Shown: positions 42,391-57,876, counted from the stretch's first letter. The stretch is DNA of 64,000 nt from Octopus vulgaris (GCA_951406725.2 OX597819.1:62558001-62622000), one strand, 5' to 3'. The notes: generated by a model not told the origin, from the sequence alone. Made by a program: numbers and translations.

Positions 42391-43439
42391 TACATATATA
42401 TATTTACGACGGGCTTCTTTTAGTTTCCGTTTACCGAATCCACTCACAAGGCATTGGTCGGCCCGAGGCTATGTAGAAGACACTTGCCCAAGGTACCACG
42501 CAGTGGGACTGAACCTGGAACCATGTAGTTGGTAAGCAAGCTACTTACCACACAGCCACTCCTACGCCTAATATGTTTTTTTATTAAGAATCTGACTTTT
42601 AAATGTCTCTTATTTTGCGAACTTGTTCGAGTGACAAAACCAGGCAACGCCAGTTGAGCCACAAATCTCTTATTTGTTTTGTGAGGTATTAGTTTTATCT
42701 TCGGAAGACGCTGATTTTCATCTCACCGTCTTTTTCGTCTTCGCCATCATTGCTGTTCTGAGGGGTGACACTAGTGGCGGTTCGTGTATAGGAACTGCGA
42801 AACTGCAGCACCCCCTATTTACACTATATATTATTGATAACGTTCAATGTAAAGAGTCCTTTTTTCGTTAATTCTTTCTTTATAATTGTACATTATATAA
42901 TCTTTAAGCTTAATGCCAGTAGCCATCCACTAGTTTATGAACAAAATACAAAAATCCTTGTATATAACTGTACACTTCACTGTTCCAGAGAAACAGTGTT
43001 TGGCTGTTGTGCGCTTGATCACATGTCCGAGATAGGAAGCTTCAGACTAGGGAGAAAGAACACTGCATGAACTACAGTGCCGGGTGAAAGGCAGTGTTTC
43101 TTTTTGACACCGCGCGTGTTGTGCTTAAAACGTCTTTATATTGTTGAATCTGACAGTGTAGAATTAGATTAGTATCCTGCTTCCAGCTGACAGGATTTGA
43201 AAAATAGGGCACTCCCCATTTCGTGATATACTCTTTTACTCTTTTACTTGTTTCAGTCATTTGACTGCAGCCATGCTGGAGCACCGCCTTTAGTCGAGCA
43301 AATCGACCTCGGGACTTATTCTTTGTAAGCCCAGTACTTATTCTATCGGTCTCTTTGGCCGACCCGCCAAGTAACGGGGACGTAAACACACCAGCATCGG
43401 TTGTCAAGCAATGCTAGGGGGACAAACACAGACACACAT

Positions 43440-43474
<35 letters not shown>

Positions 43475-44028
43475 CGACGGGCTTCTTTCAGTTTCCGTCT
43501 ACCAAATCCACTCACAAGGCATTGTTCGGCCCGGGGCTATAGCAGAAGACACTTGCCCAAGATGCCACGCAGTGGGACTGAACCCGGAACCATGTGGTTG
43601 GTTAGCAAGCTATTTACCACACAGCCAGTGGCGATTTTTTTTTTAAAAAGGGGGAATTTGCGGCGAGGTTCAATGAAAACATTAAACCTATAATTCTTCG
43701 GTTTCCTAATCAGCTTTAGTCTTGAGAACAGAAGCATTTTATTGGACTTGTCCGTGATTTTGCTGTTACCTTGCTTTTATCTCCGCTGGTAATGAGGCCA
43801 GGATGCCCTTAAATGTCTTTTGCTATCATGCATGTAGCAAATGAACTTCTTGCTTTGAGCTTCCAGTCTCATTGCCTTTACTGGTAACAACTCCGAAACG
43901 TTGTGTTAACAACAAACAAGATGAGGACAAATGTCTGTCAATTGTAAATAATGTCAATAATGAAACATATTGCTGAATTTTTCTTTTTCGTCTTTTAATA
44001 ACATAGTCAGGAACTAGTGTTTCTTGGG

Positions 44029-44163
<135 letters not shown>

Positions 44164-44668
44164 CTGTATGTCTGCTTATATTGCGAAGATTACGATAGTG
44201 GCATTATATATGTCAATCATATATATATCCATTATAAAAAATTATACTGAGTGAAACGGCTTCGACAAGCAATGTATTCAAGCATTTAAAATATCGAAAA
44301 GAAAAGAACCATCTTTTAAGGATACTTAAAAATCTGAAAACAATAGGCAATTGCAATAACTCTAATACAATCAATCAGGCGACGTTTTCGAGAGTATAGC
44401 CATTGCTGATACGAGGGCATAGGATCTCTAGAGCCAAGAGGTAAAAGCTATGGACATGTTTCGGTTTTATTTCGGCTTCTCAGTGAAGCATGTATTACTG
44501 TAGCAGCCCAAAATAGACCCGAGATGATATATCAATATCCCTCTTTATCTAATCTAACTTGGACTTATCTTTCGTTCTTTAATGAAAACAAATCTTATAC
44601 AATAGACATCGATGTCTTTATCTAACAGCTACTGGCAAAACAAATATGTTTATTAATAACTGATGTGC

Positions 44669-44763
<95 letters not shown>

Positions 44764-44813
44764 CCTGTCTGTATGTAAGTAGATATCTATTTATTTATTC
44801 ATGTACATGTATA

Positions 44814-44880
<67 letters not shown>

Positions 44881-45133
44881 ACCTATGCACATGAACACAC
44901 ATGAACACGCCATACAGGTCTTCCTCCACACACACACACACACTGGAGACGGTAAATAAATAAGACGAAATGTCAGAAAGCAACAATAACAACAACAAAA
45001 CTAAGCGAGGCCAACAAAACAGTGAAACTAAGTACAATGGAAGACAAAACACCGAGGCTATAAAGAAAAATTTACTGTCAACTGATGTACACAGTATTGT
45101 CTCACGTAAAAATAACACCATCATACATATATG

Positions 45134-45201
<68 letters not shown>

Positions 45202-45354
45202 TGTATATATACATATATATGTATGTATATATACATATATGTGTATATATACATATGTATGTGTGTGTATGTGTGTATGTATATATATAGTCATGCATTG
45301 CATGCATACACACATACATATGTGCATATATATATATATCCATATGTATGTATG

Positions 45355-45397
<43 letters not shown>

Positions 45398-45445
45398 GGA
45401 TATATATATATATGTATATATATACATATGGATATATATATATCC

Positions 45446-45477
<32 letters not shown>

Positions 45478-45612
45478 GCGTACAAGAATACATATGTATA
45501 TGTGTGTGTAATGTGTTTATGTGTGTGCGTATATATCTGTGCATATATATGATTATATAAATATATCTTGTATATACGTAGATACTTGTATGTACGTATG
45601 CATGTATGTAGG

Positions 45613-45653
<41 letters not shown>

Positions 45654-45749
45654 CACACATATATGTATATATGTATGTATCTCTATCTGTCTCCATATAT
45701 ATATAAAGATATATATATATATATATATATACATATACGTATATACATA

Positions 45750-45833
<84 letters not shown>

Positions 45834-46310
45834 TACATACATATATATATATATACATTTATATAGTCATATATATATATATACATTTATGAATAATTCT
45901 CAATTTTTGCACGAGTACATAAAAGCATACAAATAAACGTGTTTACGTAAGTTTATTTCAGTTTATGAGACTGCGATAATATGAATAAAGGGGAAAAAAC
46001 ATAATGCGAATACAAATTTGTTTTTAATGATCAATCGTAGAATAATGTTTTGATAAATATTTGCATGTTTGTATATGTCTGTCTGCCTGGCTGTATGTCT
46101 ATTTGTCTGTGTGACTGTATGACTATCTGCCTGTCTGACTGTCTGTACTTCTCTGTATTTGTCTCGTTCTCGGTTTAGTTTATCCTCAGTTTCACTCGAA
46201 CAGCCTCGTTGTCACTCATTGTCGCTGTTCTTGCATTTCTATTTGTTTAACTATCCATAAGACTCATGTTGTTCTCAGCGAAGGTGCGTTTGATCATATA
46301 TGTATGTGTG

Positions 46311-46420
<110 letters not shown>

Positions 46421-46536
46421 TCTCTCTCTCCCTCTCCCTCTCCCTCTCTCTATTAATATATCTGTGTATCTATCTATCTCCTACTCTGTCTCTATATTCC
46501 TCTCCGCACACGCGAGCACACTTACACACACATACA

Positions 46537-46574
<38 letters not shown>

Positions 46575-46807
46575 CATACATACGTAGTGACAGAATGAAA
46601 ATGTGACGAAGACAGAGAGGTGAGTAGGAGAGTGAAGAAAGAGAGACAGACACAAGGAGAGAGAGGAGAGAGAGAGAGAGTAGCACTCAGTAAACTTTGC
46701 TAACAAATATATCCAATAATATTATACGTAGATACATACATACATACATACATACATACATACATACATACATACATACATACATACGTACGTACATATA
46801 TACATAC

Positions 46808-46849
<42 letters not shown>

Positions 46850-46887
46850 TTATGTCTACATACATTATATAATGAAATTATTGTATA

Positions 46888-46955
<68 letters not shown>

Positions 46956-47067
46956 GGTCCGGTTGATTCGGGGTTAACCACAGTATAGGTACTCAATACA
47001 TAGCAGAGTAAAATTAATTTATATATATATAGTATTTATCAGAGAAATCTTCAGAAGCTCATATATC

Positions 47068-47108
<41 letters not shown>

Positions 47109-47122
47109 GTCTATATCCATAC

Positions 47123-47157
<35 letters not shown>

Positions 47158-47391
47158 GAGAGAGAAAGTAAAAAGGCGAGGAAAAGAGAAAGTGAGAGAG
47201 GGTGACAGACAGACAGACAGACAGACTAACAACAAACTGAAATATGACGTAAAGCATATGCTCAAGTGTCACTAAAACATTGACAAACGTTTTGATGTGT
47301 CTATGTATGTATGCGCTTGCATATACATCTGTATGTATACGTGTGTGTGTGTGTGTTTGTGTGTACATATATATATGTGTGTGTGTGTGTT

Positions 47392-47451
<60 letters not shown>

Positions 47452-48679
47452 CGTGTGTGTGCGTGTGTGTATTCACTCATACACACACATACACACATCT
47501 AGATATAGATACTTTTGTCAGACAGTTATTGCTTTTAACAACACATGAAATTATGCTTCTCTCTTTCGTCTTCCAAACTACTTTCTTCCTTTCCTTCTTT
47601 CTTCCTTTCTTTCTTTCTATGTCTATATATAAATACATACATACCTACACATACCTACACATACATACATGTGTATATCAACATGTCTATTTATACCAAT
47701 ATTTACAAAGATTTACATATATATATACACTTACACATTATGCATACATATATACATAAATACGTACATATGTGTGTGTGTGTACTTATTTGTCTGTATG
47801 TGTATGCGTGTGTGTGTGTGTGTGCATGAATGAAAATGTATACGTATGTGTGTATATATGTATATATATATATATTTGTGTGTGCATATGTGTGCGTGTG
47901 TTGTGCCTGTGTTCATACATGCAAACACAAACACATACACGTACGTATGTAGTTACACACACGATAACAAGTACAAAAACAACACACACATACACACTCA
48001 GTGCGCAAAATAATACCCCATGAATCTCAATTCTTATCAGAATATGCCTCTGTTGACTGTCACCCATCGATGGAAACAATATGAAAATATAGCGAGGAAT
48101 AACAGCAATCGAAATAACCTACACAACATCAGCAACATTATCAATTGCTGCTAATGTTGGCCAAAACACAGATATTGTTATTAGAGTCGTTAGCACGCCG
48201 GAAGAAATGCTTAGCGGCATTTGATCCATCTTTACGTTCTGTGTTCAAATTCCTCTGAGGTCGACTTTGCCTCTCCTTTCAAGGTCGATAGATTAAGTAC
48301 CAGTGAAACACTGGGGTCGATGTAATCGACCAGTCCCCTCCCATAGTTACTATATTTTATTAGTGTCTTTTGGATATTCTTAGTTCATGCATGTGTAGGC
48401 AAATGTAGTATTGATATATCCATTTATGTTCATTAGAAATTAAATAAAGGAAGAATTTTGATGTTTACGAATATTTATTCCCCCCCCCACTGTATATATG
48501 TATACATATATATGACGGGCTTCTTTCAGTTTCCATCTATCAAATCCACTCACAAGGCTTTGGTCGGCCCGAGACTATAGTAGAAGACACTTGCCCAAGT
48601 TGCCACGCAGTGTGACTGAACCCGGAACCATGTGGTTGGTAAGCAAACTACTTACCACACAGTCACCCCTACGCCTATG

Positions 48680-49140
48680 AACTGTACTTTTTAGTCTTTT
48701 CTAGTTCTTTTTCACTTATGAGTGCAATCGAAGGTATCGTAATATCTATGGTCTTGGCTTTCTTTTTTCCTTTATCTACCATAATAATATCTCGTTCCCG
48801 AGCATCGATTAGAGATTCACACTGGATTGTAGAATAATACAAAATCTAATATGCCTTGTTCTTAGTGACTCCTTCTGGTTCTTGTTTGAACCATTTCCGT
48901 GCTCTTCCTAGGCTGACCTTTCACATAACTTCCAGTGGACGAACTTATCTACGTTATCATGCCACCTTTTGTAGTGCTTTTGGGCCAGCATGCCACACTC
49001 ACTCACAATATTAGTTTGTTTCGTTTTTGCTGTCACACATTCCTACAAAGGGGTGATTCACTCCTCTTATCTATTTGGAACTTGGTGTAATTAGTTCTCA
49101 GAGCTTGTTCATGGACTCTGCATATCACTGCCTCGGTGCA
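48680..49140 (-). pseudogene. R4/Dong-like (REL endonuclease) non-LTR retrotransposon 3' fragment
   Basis: Minus-strand piecewise translation NIVSECGMLAQKHYKRWHDNVDKFVHWKLCE..KWFKQEPEGV..DIIMVDK..IDITIP..EKELEKTKKY. Confidence 0.75.
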
Positions 49141-49457
49141 TTCTTTCAGATCACTTTATTATTATCATTTAGCAGAATCGTCAGCACTCCGGGCGAAATG
49201 CTTAGAGGTATTTCGTCTGTCGCTACGTTCTGAGTTCAAATTCCGCCGAGGTCGATTTTACCTTTCATCCTTTTGGGGGTCGATTAAATAAGAAGCAATT
49301 ATGCACTGAGGTCGATGTAATCGACTTATCACCTCCTACCAAATTTCAGGCATTGTACCTATAGTAGGAAGGATTATTATTATCACATTATTTTTGATAT
49401 CATTAATGTTGTTATATTTTCATCAAAAATAGTAATATAGCTACAACAACAACAGCA

Positions 49458-49556
<99 letters not shown>

Positions 49557-49920
49557 GTGTGTTCAGATAATGAGGAAGTAATTTGTATTATTCATCTATC
49601 TGGGGTCGAAAAGCCATTATACAATTTAAGCACTGGAGTCGATTTAATCGACTGTTATCGTTCATTAAAACTTCAGACTGTTTGTTTAATTAACTGATGA
49701 TAATTAATTATTATTATTATTATATTCGAGATCAGGAATGCAACGCATGACATGTAAGGAATTTACACAGCTACGGTGATAATGATTTCAATCCGGTTCC
49801 ATGAAGAATTAACATTGATCGCGATTAAACAGATAGACAGCGATATACAAATTGATATTACGGAGATATACTTGCATAGCAAGTGACCTGATCTGAGATC
49901 GTGTGCTGAAACAAAAACAA

Positions 49921-50182
49921 TTGCAGCGTGGAAGGTGTTTAGAAGCCAATGAAAAATACACAAAAACCGTTAAATTCACTTCAACATTTAAATTTAATTT
50001 CTCAAAATATTTTCGTCACGGACAAAATTCCGTGCTGCATTTTGTTCACTGAATTTTGTCAGTGAACAGGTCACGGTCTCAAAGCGACGAAAATATTTTG
50101 ACAAATTAAATTTAAATGTTGAAGTGGATCTAACGGTTTCTGTGTGTTTTTAAATAACTTGTAAACACCTTCCACGCTACAA
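49921..50182. repeat. ~95-bp inverted repeat containing an HHR-like fold
   Basis: Arms 49921-50017 and 50086-50182 (gcgtggaaggtgttta..ttcaacatttaaatttaattt..aaaatattttcgtc and its reverse complement). Confidence 0.85.
50055..50105 (+). ncRNA. Type I hammerhead-like variant (G3:C8)
   Basis: TTTGTCA GTGAACA G GTCAC-ggtctcaaa-GCGAC GAAA A-TA-TT T TGACAAA; perfect 7-bp stem I and palindromic AATATT stem III. Confidence 0.55.
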
Positions 50183-51342
50183 ATAGATAATTTTAACGAA
50201 AAAAGATATCATGACGCAACTGAATGGGAGATAGAGAACAACTACTATATCAGCCCTGAAAACGTCACACAAATTTAACAGGACATGATTACGTTGCTTA
50301 CAAGGTTAGACAGGTAAACTTCAGAATTGCTCAATAGAATGTGATGTGTGGATAATTTTTTTTATTATAGAAAAAACCGGAAATGGTAATAAAATGGATA
50401 AGCAGAACCGTTACAACCACTGAATTCATCAAAGGTACATGACAATGCAGCAATCTTAAACAAGTTTGGATTAACTAAATGATAACCTGTGTATTATAAC
50501 GATATTAAACCATGAAAACAGGGTGACTAATGCGACCAACGAATTGAGAAGTGAAACGATGACAACCATTTATGAAACCTCAATAAAATATCAAACATTA
50601 TGTTATTTATCCCGGGTTTTTGCATTCTGAGGTCAAATCATGCTGATGGCAACACCGCGTTACCTTTCATGCTTTTGGACTCGATAGATAATTTATTTGT
50701 CTTGGGCGGTGAATAGACGGGTTCGGTAGAGCGTTGAATGTGTTACCTTGCAATAATTGTTCCGGAGCTTTACGTTATGTGTTCAACTCACACCGTAGCC
50801 TACATGACTAGCAGACGTAATCCATTGCTCTGTTTAACACATTTACCTGCAGCTTTTATGTTAGGTATCTGTTTCGGAGATACATCCTCTTCTATCCAGC
50901 AGTCTCTTAATCTCTAAAAAGTGTCATGTTCTTTGCCCTTTGTTTCCCGTCTAAGTGCCATGCAAATTCTCCCTGAAAATATAACCTAATGTCTATGAAA
51001 AATGAATGGAGAGATACATTGAATAAATTTATTCTGCATAAACTATGTTTGCTAAATGTTGGGATGGTCATAGATGGAACATAGATCACACATCTACTTG
51101 ATCAGGTTTGAATTAGGGCTGTAAATTGAATAACCCTCAGTCAATAGACCTATACAATAGTATGCCAGATTAGATATACAGGGAAAAAAATGAAATAAGG
51201 CCTGGAAGAAGAGAGATAGAAAAGTAGATAAGTTGAGAGAAAGTTAGGGAAATTCACAAATTGTGGCAGTTAGAACATGAGTGAAATGAAGTAGCAAAAA
51301 AGATAGATAAACAGATAGATAAATAGATAGATAGATAGATAA

Positions 51343-51379
<37 letters not shown>

Positions 51380-52478
51380 GAAAGGCAGACAGGATAGATT
51401 GAGCAAATGAGAGGAAAGAAGGAGAGTCACTCAACAATATTTTCTAAGGAATCCATACATTTGTTTCTCTGTTACACTTTCGTTTTCTCCTTTTTTTAAA
51501 GACCAGACACGTTTATCAGTGTATATGAAAATACAAAACTGTTGAATTTTATCTCGAAACCTGCTCACGCTTGTATCGAGTAAAAAAAAATCCTCTAGAT
51601 AATAAGAATAATAATAAAAAACCTACTTCTTAGCGAAATGCGAATACATAGTACATAGTACATATAAGAAAATAATAGCAAATATCACCATCAACAAGAT
51701 GGGTTTCGATATGTTAGGGAAAGAAATGTTGACTAAACCAGACTTTGATTGAGAGAAGAACATGTATTTAAATAAAGGGCTGGTTGAGGTGTTATTATTA
51801 GTATTAGCTTATATTGGGTTTGGATGTATTAGTAATGGCGTCGGTGCAGTTGGCGTTTTGCTATTAAAGAAACCAAGCAAACAGAAGCAATAGGAAAGAA
51901 GGGATTAAATACATACAAGCATATGTGTGCGCATGCGCACTCCCGTTCACGTACACGCTCATACACATACACACACACGTGTTCCTTTATTCTTTTATTC
52001 TTTTACTTGTTTCTTTTATCTAACTGCGGCCATGCTGGAGCAGTGCCTTTAGTCGAAGAATTCGACTCCAGGACTTATTTTTTGCAAGCCTAATACTTAT
52101 TCTATCGGTCTCTTTTACCGAGCCGCTAGGCCATGGTAACGTAAATGCACCAACATTGGTTGTAGTGTGTTTACATTCCCGCAAATAGCGGTTCGACAAA
52201 AAGCGATCGATGGAATAAGTAGCAGACTTTCAAAACATAAGCGTTGGGGGTCTATTCGTTCGACTAAAAATTCTTCGAGGCAGTGTCCCAGCATGGCCGC
52301 AGTCCATAAAATATAAGATATAAAAACTGTATAGGCGCAGGAGTGGCTATGTGGTCAGAAGCCTGGTTCCCAACCATATGGTTCCGGATTCAGTTCCACT
52401 GCGTGGCACCTTGGGCAAGTGTCTTCTACTATAGCCTCGGGCCGACCAAAGCGTTATAAGTGGATTTAGTAGCCCATC

Positions 52479-52544
<66 letters not shown>

Positions 52545-52774
52545 ATATATATGCACATATGTATATGTTTGTGTGTCTGTGTTTGTCCCTCCTCGTCATC
52601 GCTTGACGACCGATGTTGATGCGTTTACATCCCCATAACTTAGCGGTTCGGTAAAAGATTGACCGAGAGAATAAGTACTAGGCTTACAAAGAATAAAGTT
52701 CTGGGATCGATTTCTTCGACTAAAGGCGCTGCTCCAGCATGGCAGCAGTCATATGACAGAAACAAGTTAAAGAA

Positions 52775-53236
52775 TACAAGAAAGTAAAAGTACCTGTGAA
52801 ATACTGGGGCCGATGATGTCGTCTGATATTTTCTCCTCACAAGTTGCTGACGTTCTTCCAAAATCAGAAACCTCGCTTCTCTCTTCTTACGTTTTACACA
52901 AATTGCCAATATTTCATCTGAACACATTAACCCGATATAACATCACTGAATTATTTATTTCATATGTACTCGACTTACTTAAAAGAGAACAATTTATAAA
53001 ATAAAGAATTACGAATGGGGAAAATGAATAATTTGCGAACCATTTTAAAATCAGATGGTTATGAATAACGAAATAGTGGGCGAAGACGTGGCTGTGTGGT
53101 AAGATGCTTACTTCCCAACCACATGGTTCTAGGTTCAGTCCCGCTGCGTTGCACTTTGGGCGAGTGTCATCTACTATAGCCTCGGGCCGACCAAAGACTC
53201 GTGAGTGGATTTGGTAGAAACTGAAAGAAGCCCGTC

Positions 53237-53288
<52 letters not shown>

Positions 53289-53584
53289 GTTATTCACAAC
53301 CATCTGTTTTAAAAATGGCTCGCCAATTATTCATCTCCCCATTCATAATTCTTTATTTTATAAAATGTTCTCTTTTAAGTAAGTCGAGTATATATGAAAT
53401 AAATAATTCAGTGATGTTATATCGGGTTAATGTGTTCAGATGAAATATTGGCAATTTGTGTAAAACGTAAGAAGAGAGAAGCGAGATTTCTGATTTTGGA
53501 AGAACGTCAGCAACTTGTGAGGAGAAAATATCAGACGACATCATCGGCCCCAGTATTTCACAGGTACTTTTACTTTCTTGTATT
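52775..53584. repeat. ~290-bp inverted duplication flanking a SINE head
   Basis: 52775-53070 is the near-identical reverse complement of 53288-53584; the ORF track shows mirror ORFs (52813+/53544-, 52927-/53430+). Confidence 0.9.
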
Positions 53585-56178
53585 ATGGTACTTATTCTAT
53601 AGGCCAGCCTTTTGCGGAACCACTAAGTTACGGAGACGTAACACAGCATTTTGTCGGACAATATAACACAGCATTTTGTCGGACAATGGGCGACTGCACA
53701 TTAATCACATTCTCTCATTCTCATCTTATATTATGAAAAGTTACATTAGAAAAAGCTGACCCAAATATTGGTTTAAGCAATTTTAGGACAGTGCTCAGCT
53801 GGTACTCATTTTATCGACCCCGAAACGATGAAAGGAAAAGTCAACCTCAGACCGTAAAAACGGACGAAATGCTGCAAAACATTTTGTCCGACGTGCCAAC
53901 GATTCTACCAGTTCTCCGCCTTATGCTGACCTAAATAAAAACAAAAGGAGCATTCCGTCGGTTACGACGATGAGGGTCCCTGCTGACACGATCAACAGAA
54001 CAACTTGCTCGTGAAATTAACGTGCAAGTGGGTGAGCACTCTACAGAAACGTGCACCCTTAACGTAGTTCTCATAAAGTGTAACATAAAGTGACATAAAG
54101 TGACATAAAGTGTAACAAGTGTAACAATTTTTGCCAGCTGAGTGGACTAGAGCAACGAGAAATAGAGCGTCTCTGTCAAGGACTTAACGTGTCACCAGGA
54201 ATGCCCTAACCACTAAGCCACTCGCCTTTACTGCTGACCAAAATATTGCTTTGAATTTAAGCACAAGGAGTGGAGTTTACTTGACATCATAAATCTCAGT
54301 ATTTGAATGGTATTTAATTATCTCGATCCGGAATGGATGAATGGTGAAGTTCACCTTGATAGGATTTGAAGTCAGATTGTAATATTTCAACGAAGCTTTT
54401 TTCCAACGCAGTAACGATCCTGGCAACACAATAGAATACAGTCTCAAAGTTTTGCTTTTGCTTACCGTGGTATTTAAAATATTTGAATGTGTACATGAAT
54501 ATGCATTTCTAAGTTGCCTTTTTATTAATATACTCATATATTGAATTAACGTGAAGACATACGCTTCCTAATGTTACAAACTGCTTGGGTTAATGCACAT
54601 GTTGAAGAGGCTCCCCATATGCATAGGCACTTTGACAGTTCAATATCAACGAAAAAAAATGCTCGCTATTGAGTGTTAGCAAAAGCCATAGATGAAGATG
54701 TCCGTTAAGGTACTTGGGGTCGTACGAAAGATGTATAGTTTTTCTGCTCGTGTTTGAAATCAACGATTCTGGCCAACGTCTTTAGTATAAACCACTATGC
54801 GACCCATCGAGAGAAGGGTTAAAATGCCGTTTTATAGCAATGCTGGTGAGAGATAGGGAAGCGATGGAGAAAGCATGTCTCATACAATGTTGTTTGGCTT
54901 ATTTCTTTATTGCCCACAGGGGGCTAAACATAAAGGGAACAAACAAGGACAGAAAAAGGGATTAAGTCGATTACATCGATCCCAGTGCGTAACTAGAATT
55001 TATTTCATCGACCCCGAAAGGATGAATGGCAAAGTCGACCTAGACGGAATTTGAACTCAAAACGTAACGGCAGACGTGGTACCGCTTCTGCCAGCTAACC
55101 GCCTTAATATATATTGTGCTACGTATGCATGTATGTGTGGGGCGTTCTGTTTATCAAGTGTTGCTAATTAAGGTCTCGCAAATTAACATATCAACTGTGC
55201 CTGTCTTGATATATATTCTTGTTCGTTCAACGTTGACCCTTAAACACATTTCTCTAATTCCTAGATGCCTTTGTTTATATTTACGCATCACTGATTTCAG
55301 CCAATTTAAACGCATTCAAAAATTAATGCCAATCAATTCTTCAATTCCCAAATATTTTTTTTACTGATTCCTGTCTTCGGCATGTCCCTCGTTAACCCGA
55401 CCGCCACCGTCCCCCAACCACACCGCACCACCATCACAGCCCTCTAGAACTTGCTACTACTCATAAGAATCACCACCACCACCACCACCCCCATTAACAT
55501 AAGCATCAGCATCATCACTACCATTACCTCCACATCCACCACGACCATCTGCTACCAGCGTCACCACTGCTACTACCATCATCATCATCATATCACTTCC
55601 ACCACAACCAACACTAGCATGCCTGTCACCAACGTCACCACCTCTACAGCATCATCCCCACACGAACCGAAGACTACCAGCCTCCTTCTGCCCTCCTCCT
55701 CCTTCTTCTCTTCCCCTTCTTCTCCTCCTCCTCCTTTTTTCCTCTTCCTTCTTCTCTTCCTCCTTCTCCTCCTCCTTCCCTTCCTCCTCCTCTTCCTCCA
55801 CTTCCCCTTTTCCTTGTTTCTATGCTTTAATGACATTCCATGAACCATTTCGAATAATTTATATTTTCCATTCCGTCTTTGTATTTTAAATCTATTCAAA
55901 AATTCTAGTTCAAATCATTGAAACTTATTTCGATTTTTCATTACTAATACTGCTGCTGTATGCACAGTACTAATGTGTCTCCGGTTATACTCGGCTCACA
56001 AAATGGACCCAAGTAGGAAACCGGCACCAAAGTCTATAGAAATTAAATACTGACGAAAACAATCACCAGTAAAACCTTTGCAGTCACAAGATATTTTTGT
56101 TTTTAATGCTCTAATTAAGTAACAGTCAATACTTGATTAATTTTAAGTAATTTTACATAAAACAGCACGCATGCGCAC

Positions 56179-56254
56179 GACAATTTCCTAAAGGATTTCA
56201 ATAAATATTAGTATCTTATATAGGGATAGAAAATATAGAAATCATTTCATATTC

Positions 56255-56300
<46 letters not shown>

Positions 56301-56430
56301 ATTTCTATTAATATATAATCATAATTTTTTTCCACAGTTAGTAAATATTATGTCTAACATTTTCTTTTAATTTAACTCATTAAAAAAATCAACATTTACT
56401 AGCTAATTATGATTATATATTAATAGAAAT

Positions 56431-56475
<45 letters not shown>

Positions 56476-56533
56476 TATGAAATGGTTTCTATATTTTCTA
56501 TCTCTATTTATCGAAATCCTTTAGGAAATTGTC
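56179..56533. repeat. AT-rich fold-back/MITE-like inverted repeat
   Basis: Ends GACAATTTCCTAAAGGATTTC / GAAATCCTTTAGGAAATTGTC; arms continue inward through mirrored (TA)n and atttctattaatataatcataatt; no TSD recognised. Confidence 0.75.
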
Positions 56534-57585
56534 TAAAGAATATTTATTTAAATTTCTTAATATAGAATCTGGATGTCAAATGGTACGAGACATTAAAACC
56601 TCTAGAACACTAGTAGTCTATGTTCCCCTAGCCCTCTAACTTCGACCTACTAGCTTTTTGCTATAATACATTCAAATGTATCTAAACTGAATTCCTCAAA
56701 AATGGGAATAGGTTTATGGTTGTGACATTTCTACTATCCCTTCCTATATCTATAAATGGAAAAAATTCTTTGTCTCCATCCAACCAAGAGTAAAATCCCC
56801 CTCCCCACTGACAGATCTAAATAACAAAGTGAACTCAATAATAAAATCTACAGCCAGAGAGTGAACATACTACTATCATGTTCTTAAGAACGAAATCAAC
56901 CTCTCTGTCTATATATCTACCCTCTTAATAAAGTTGGCAAATGAAATAGAGATAAGAATGGTCATTGTCTGTTTGACTGGAAAATTCTATAAGTGGCTGA
57001 AGATTGCTCGACATTTTAAAACTGATATGATACTTACAGTGTTTAATAAAATGAAGTAGCATGAAACAATTGTACTACTCTACCTCGGATATACTTGTTG
57101 CTTATTTTGATTATATATATATATATACATACACACATAGGCGCAGGAGTGGCTGTGTGGTAAGTAGCTTGCTAACCAACCACATGCTTCCGGGTTCAGT
57201 CCCACTGCGTGGCATCTTGGGCAAATGTCTTCTGCTATAGCCCCGGGCCGACCAATGCCTTGTGAGTGGATTTGGTAGACGGAAACTGAAAGAAGCCTGT
57301 CGTATATATGTATATATATATATATATATATATGTGTGCGTGTGTGTGTGTGTATGTGTTTGTACGTCTGTGTTTGTCCCCTTAGCATTGCTTGACAACC
57401 GATGCTGGTGTGTTTACGTCCCCGTCACCTAGCGGTTCGGCAAAACAGACCGATAGAATAAGTACTGGGCTTACAAAGAATAAGTCCCGGGGTCGATTTG
57501 CTCGACTAAAAGGCCGCAGTCAAATGACTGAAACAAGTAAAAGAGTAAAGAGTAAAGAGAGTACATATATATTTGCAAATTCCAA

Positions 57586-57654
<69 letters not shown>

Positions 57655-57876
57655 CATATATACACATACATACACAGTTGGAATTTACAAAACAAAACAA
57701 AAGACGAAGACAGGTGTGTAAACAACAAACAGAGGTATTTATTTAACGCTCAGAAATTGAGAAAGTCTTTTACGTTTCGAGCCTACGCTCTTCGACAGAA
57801 AGGAACACAGAAATAAGCAGAGAGATAAAATAAAAAGGTTAGTGGCTAGCGATCAATCATGGCAAATGCATGTATG

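Noticed and set aside
44970-45125. Possible coding exon [16 protein letters not shown]...
   Set aside because: Short, runs into a TA microsatellite, and has no convincing donor or recognisable domain.
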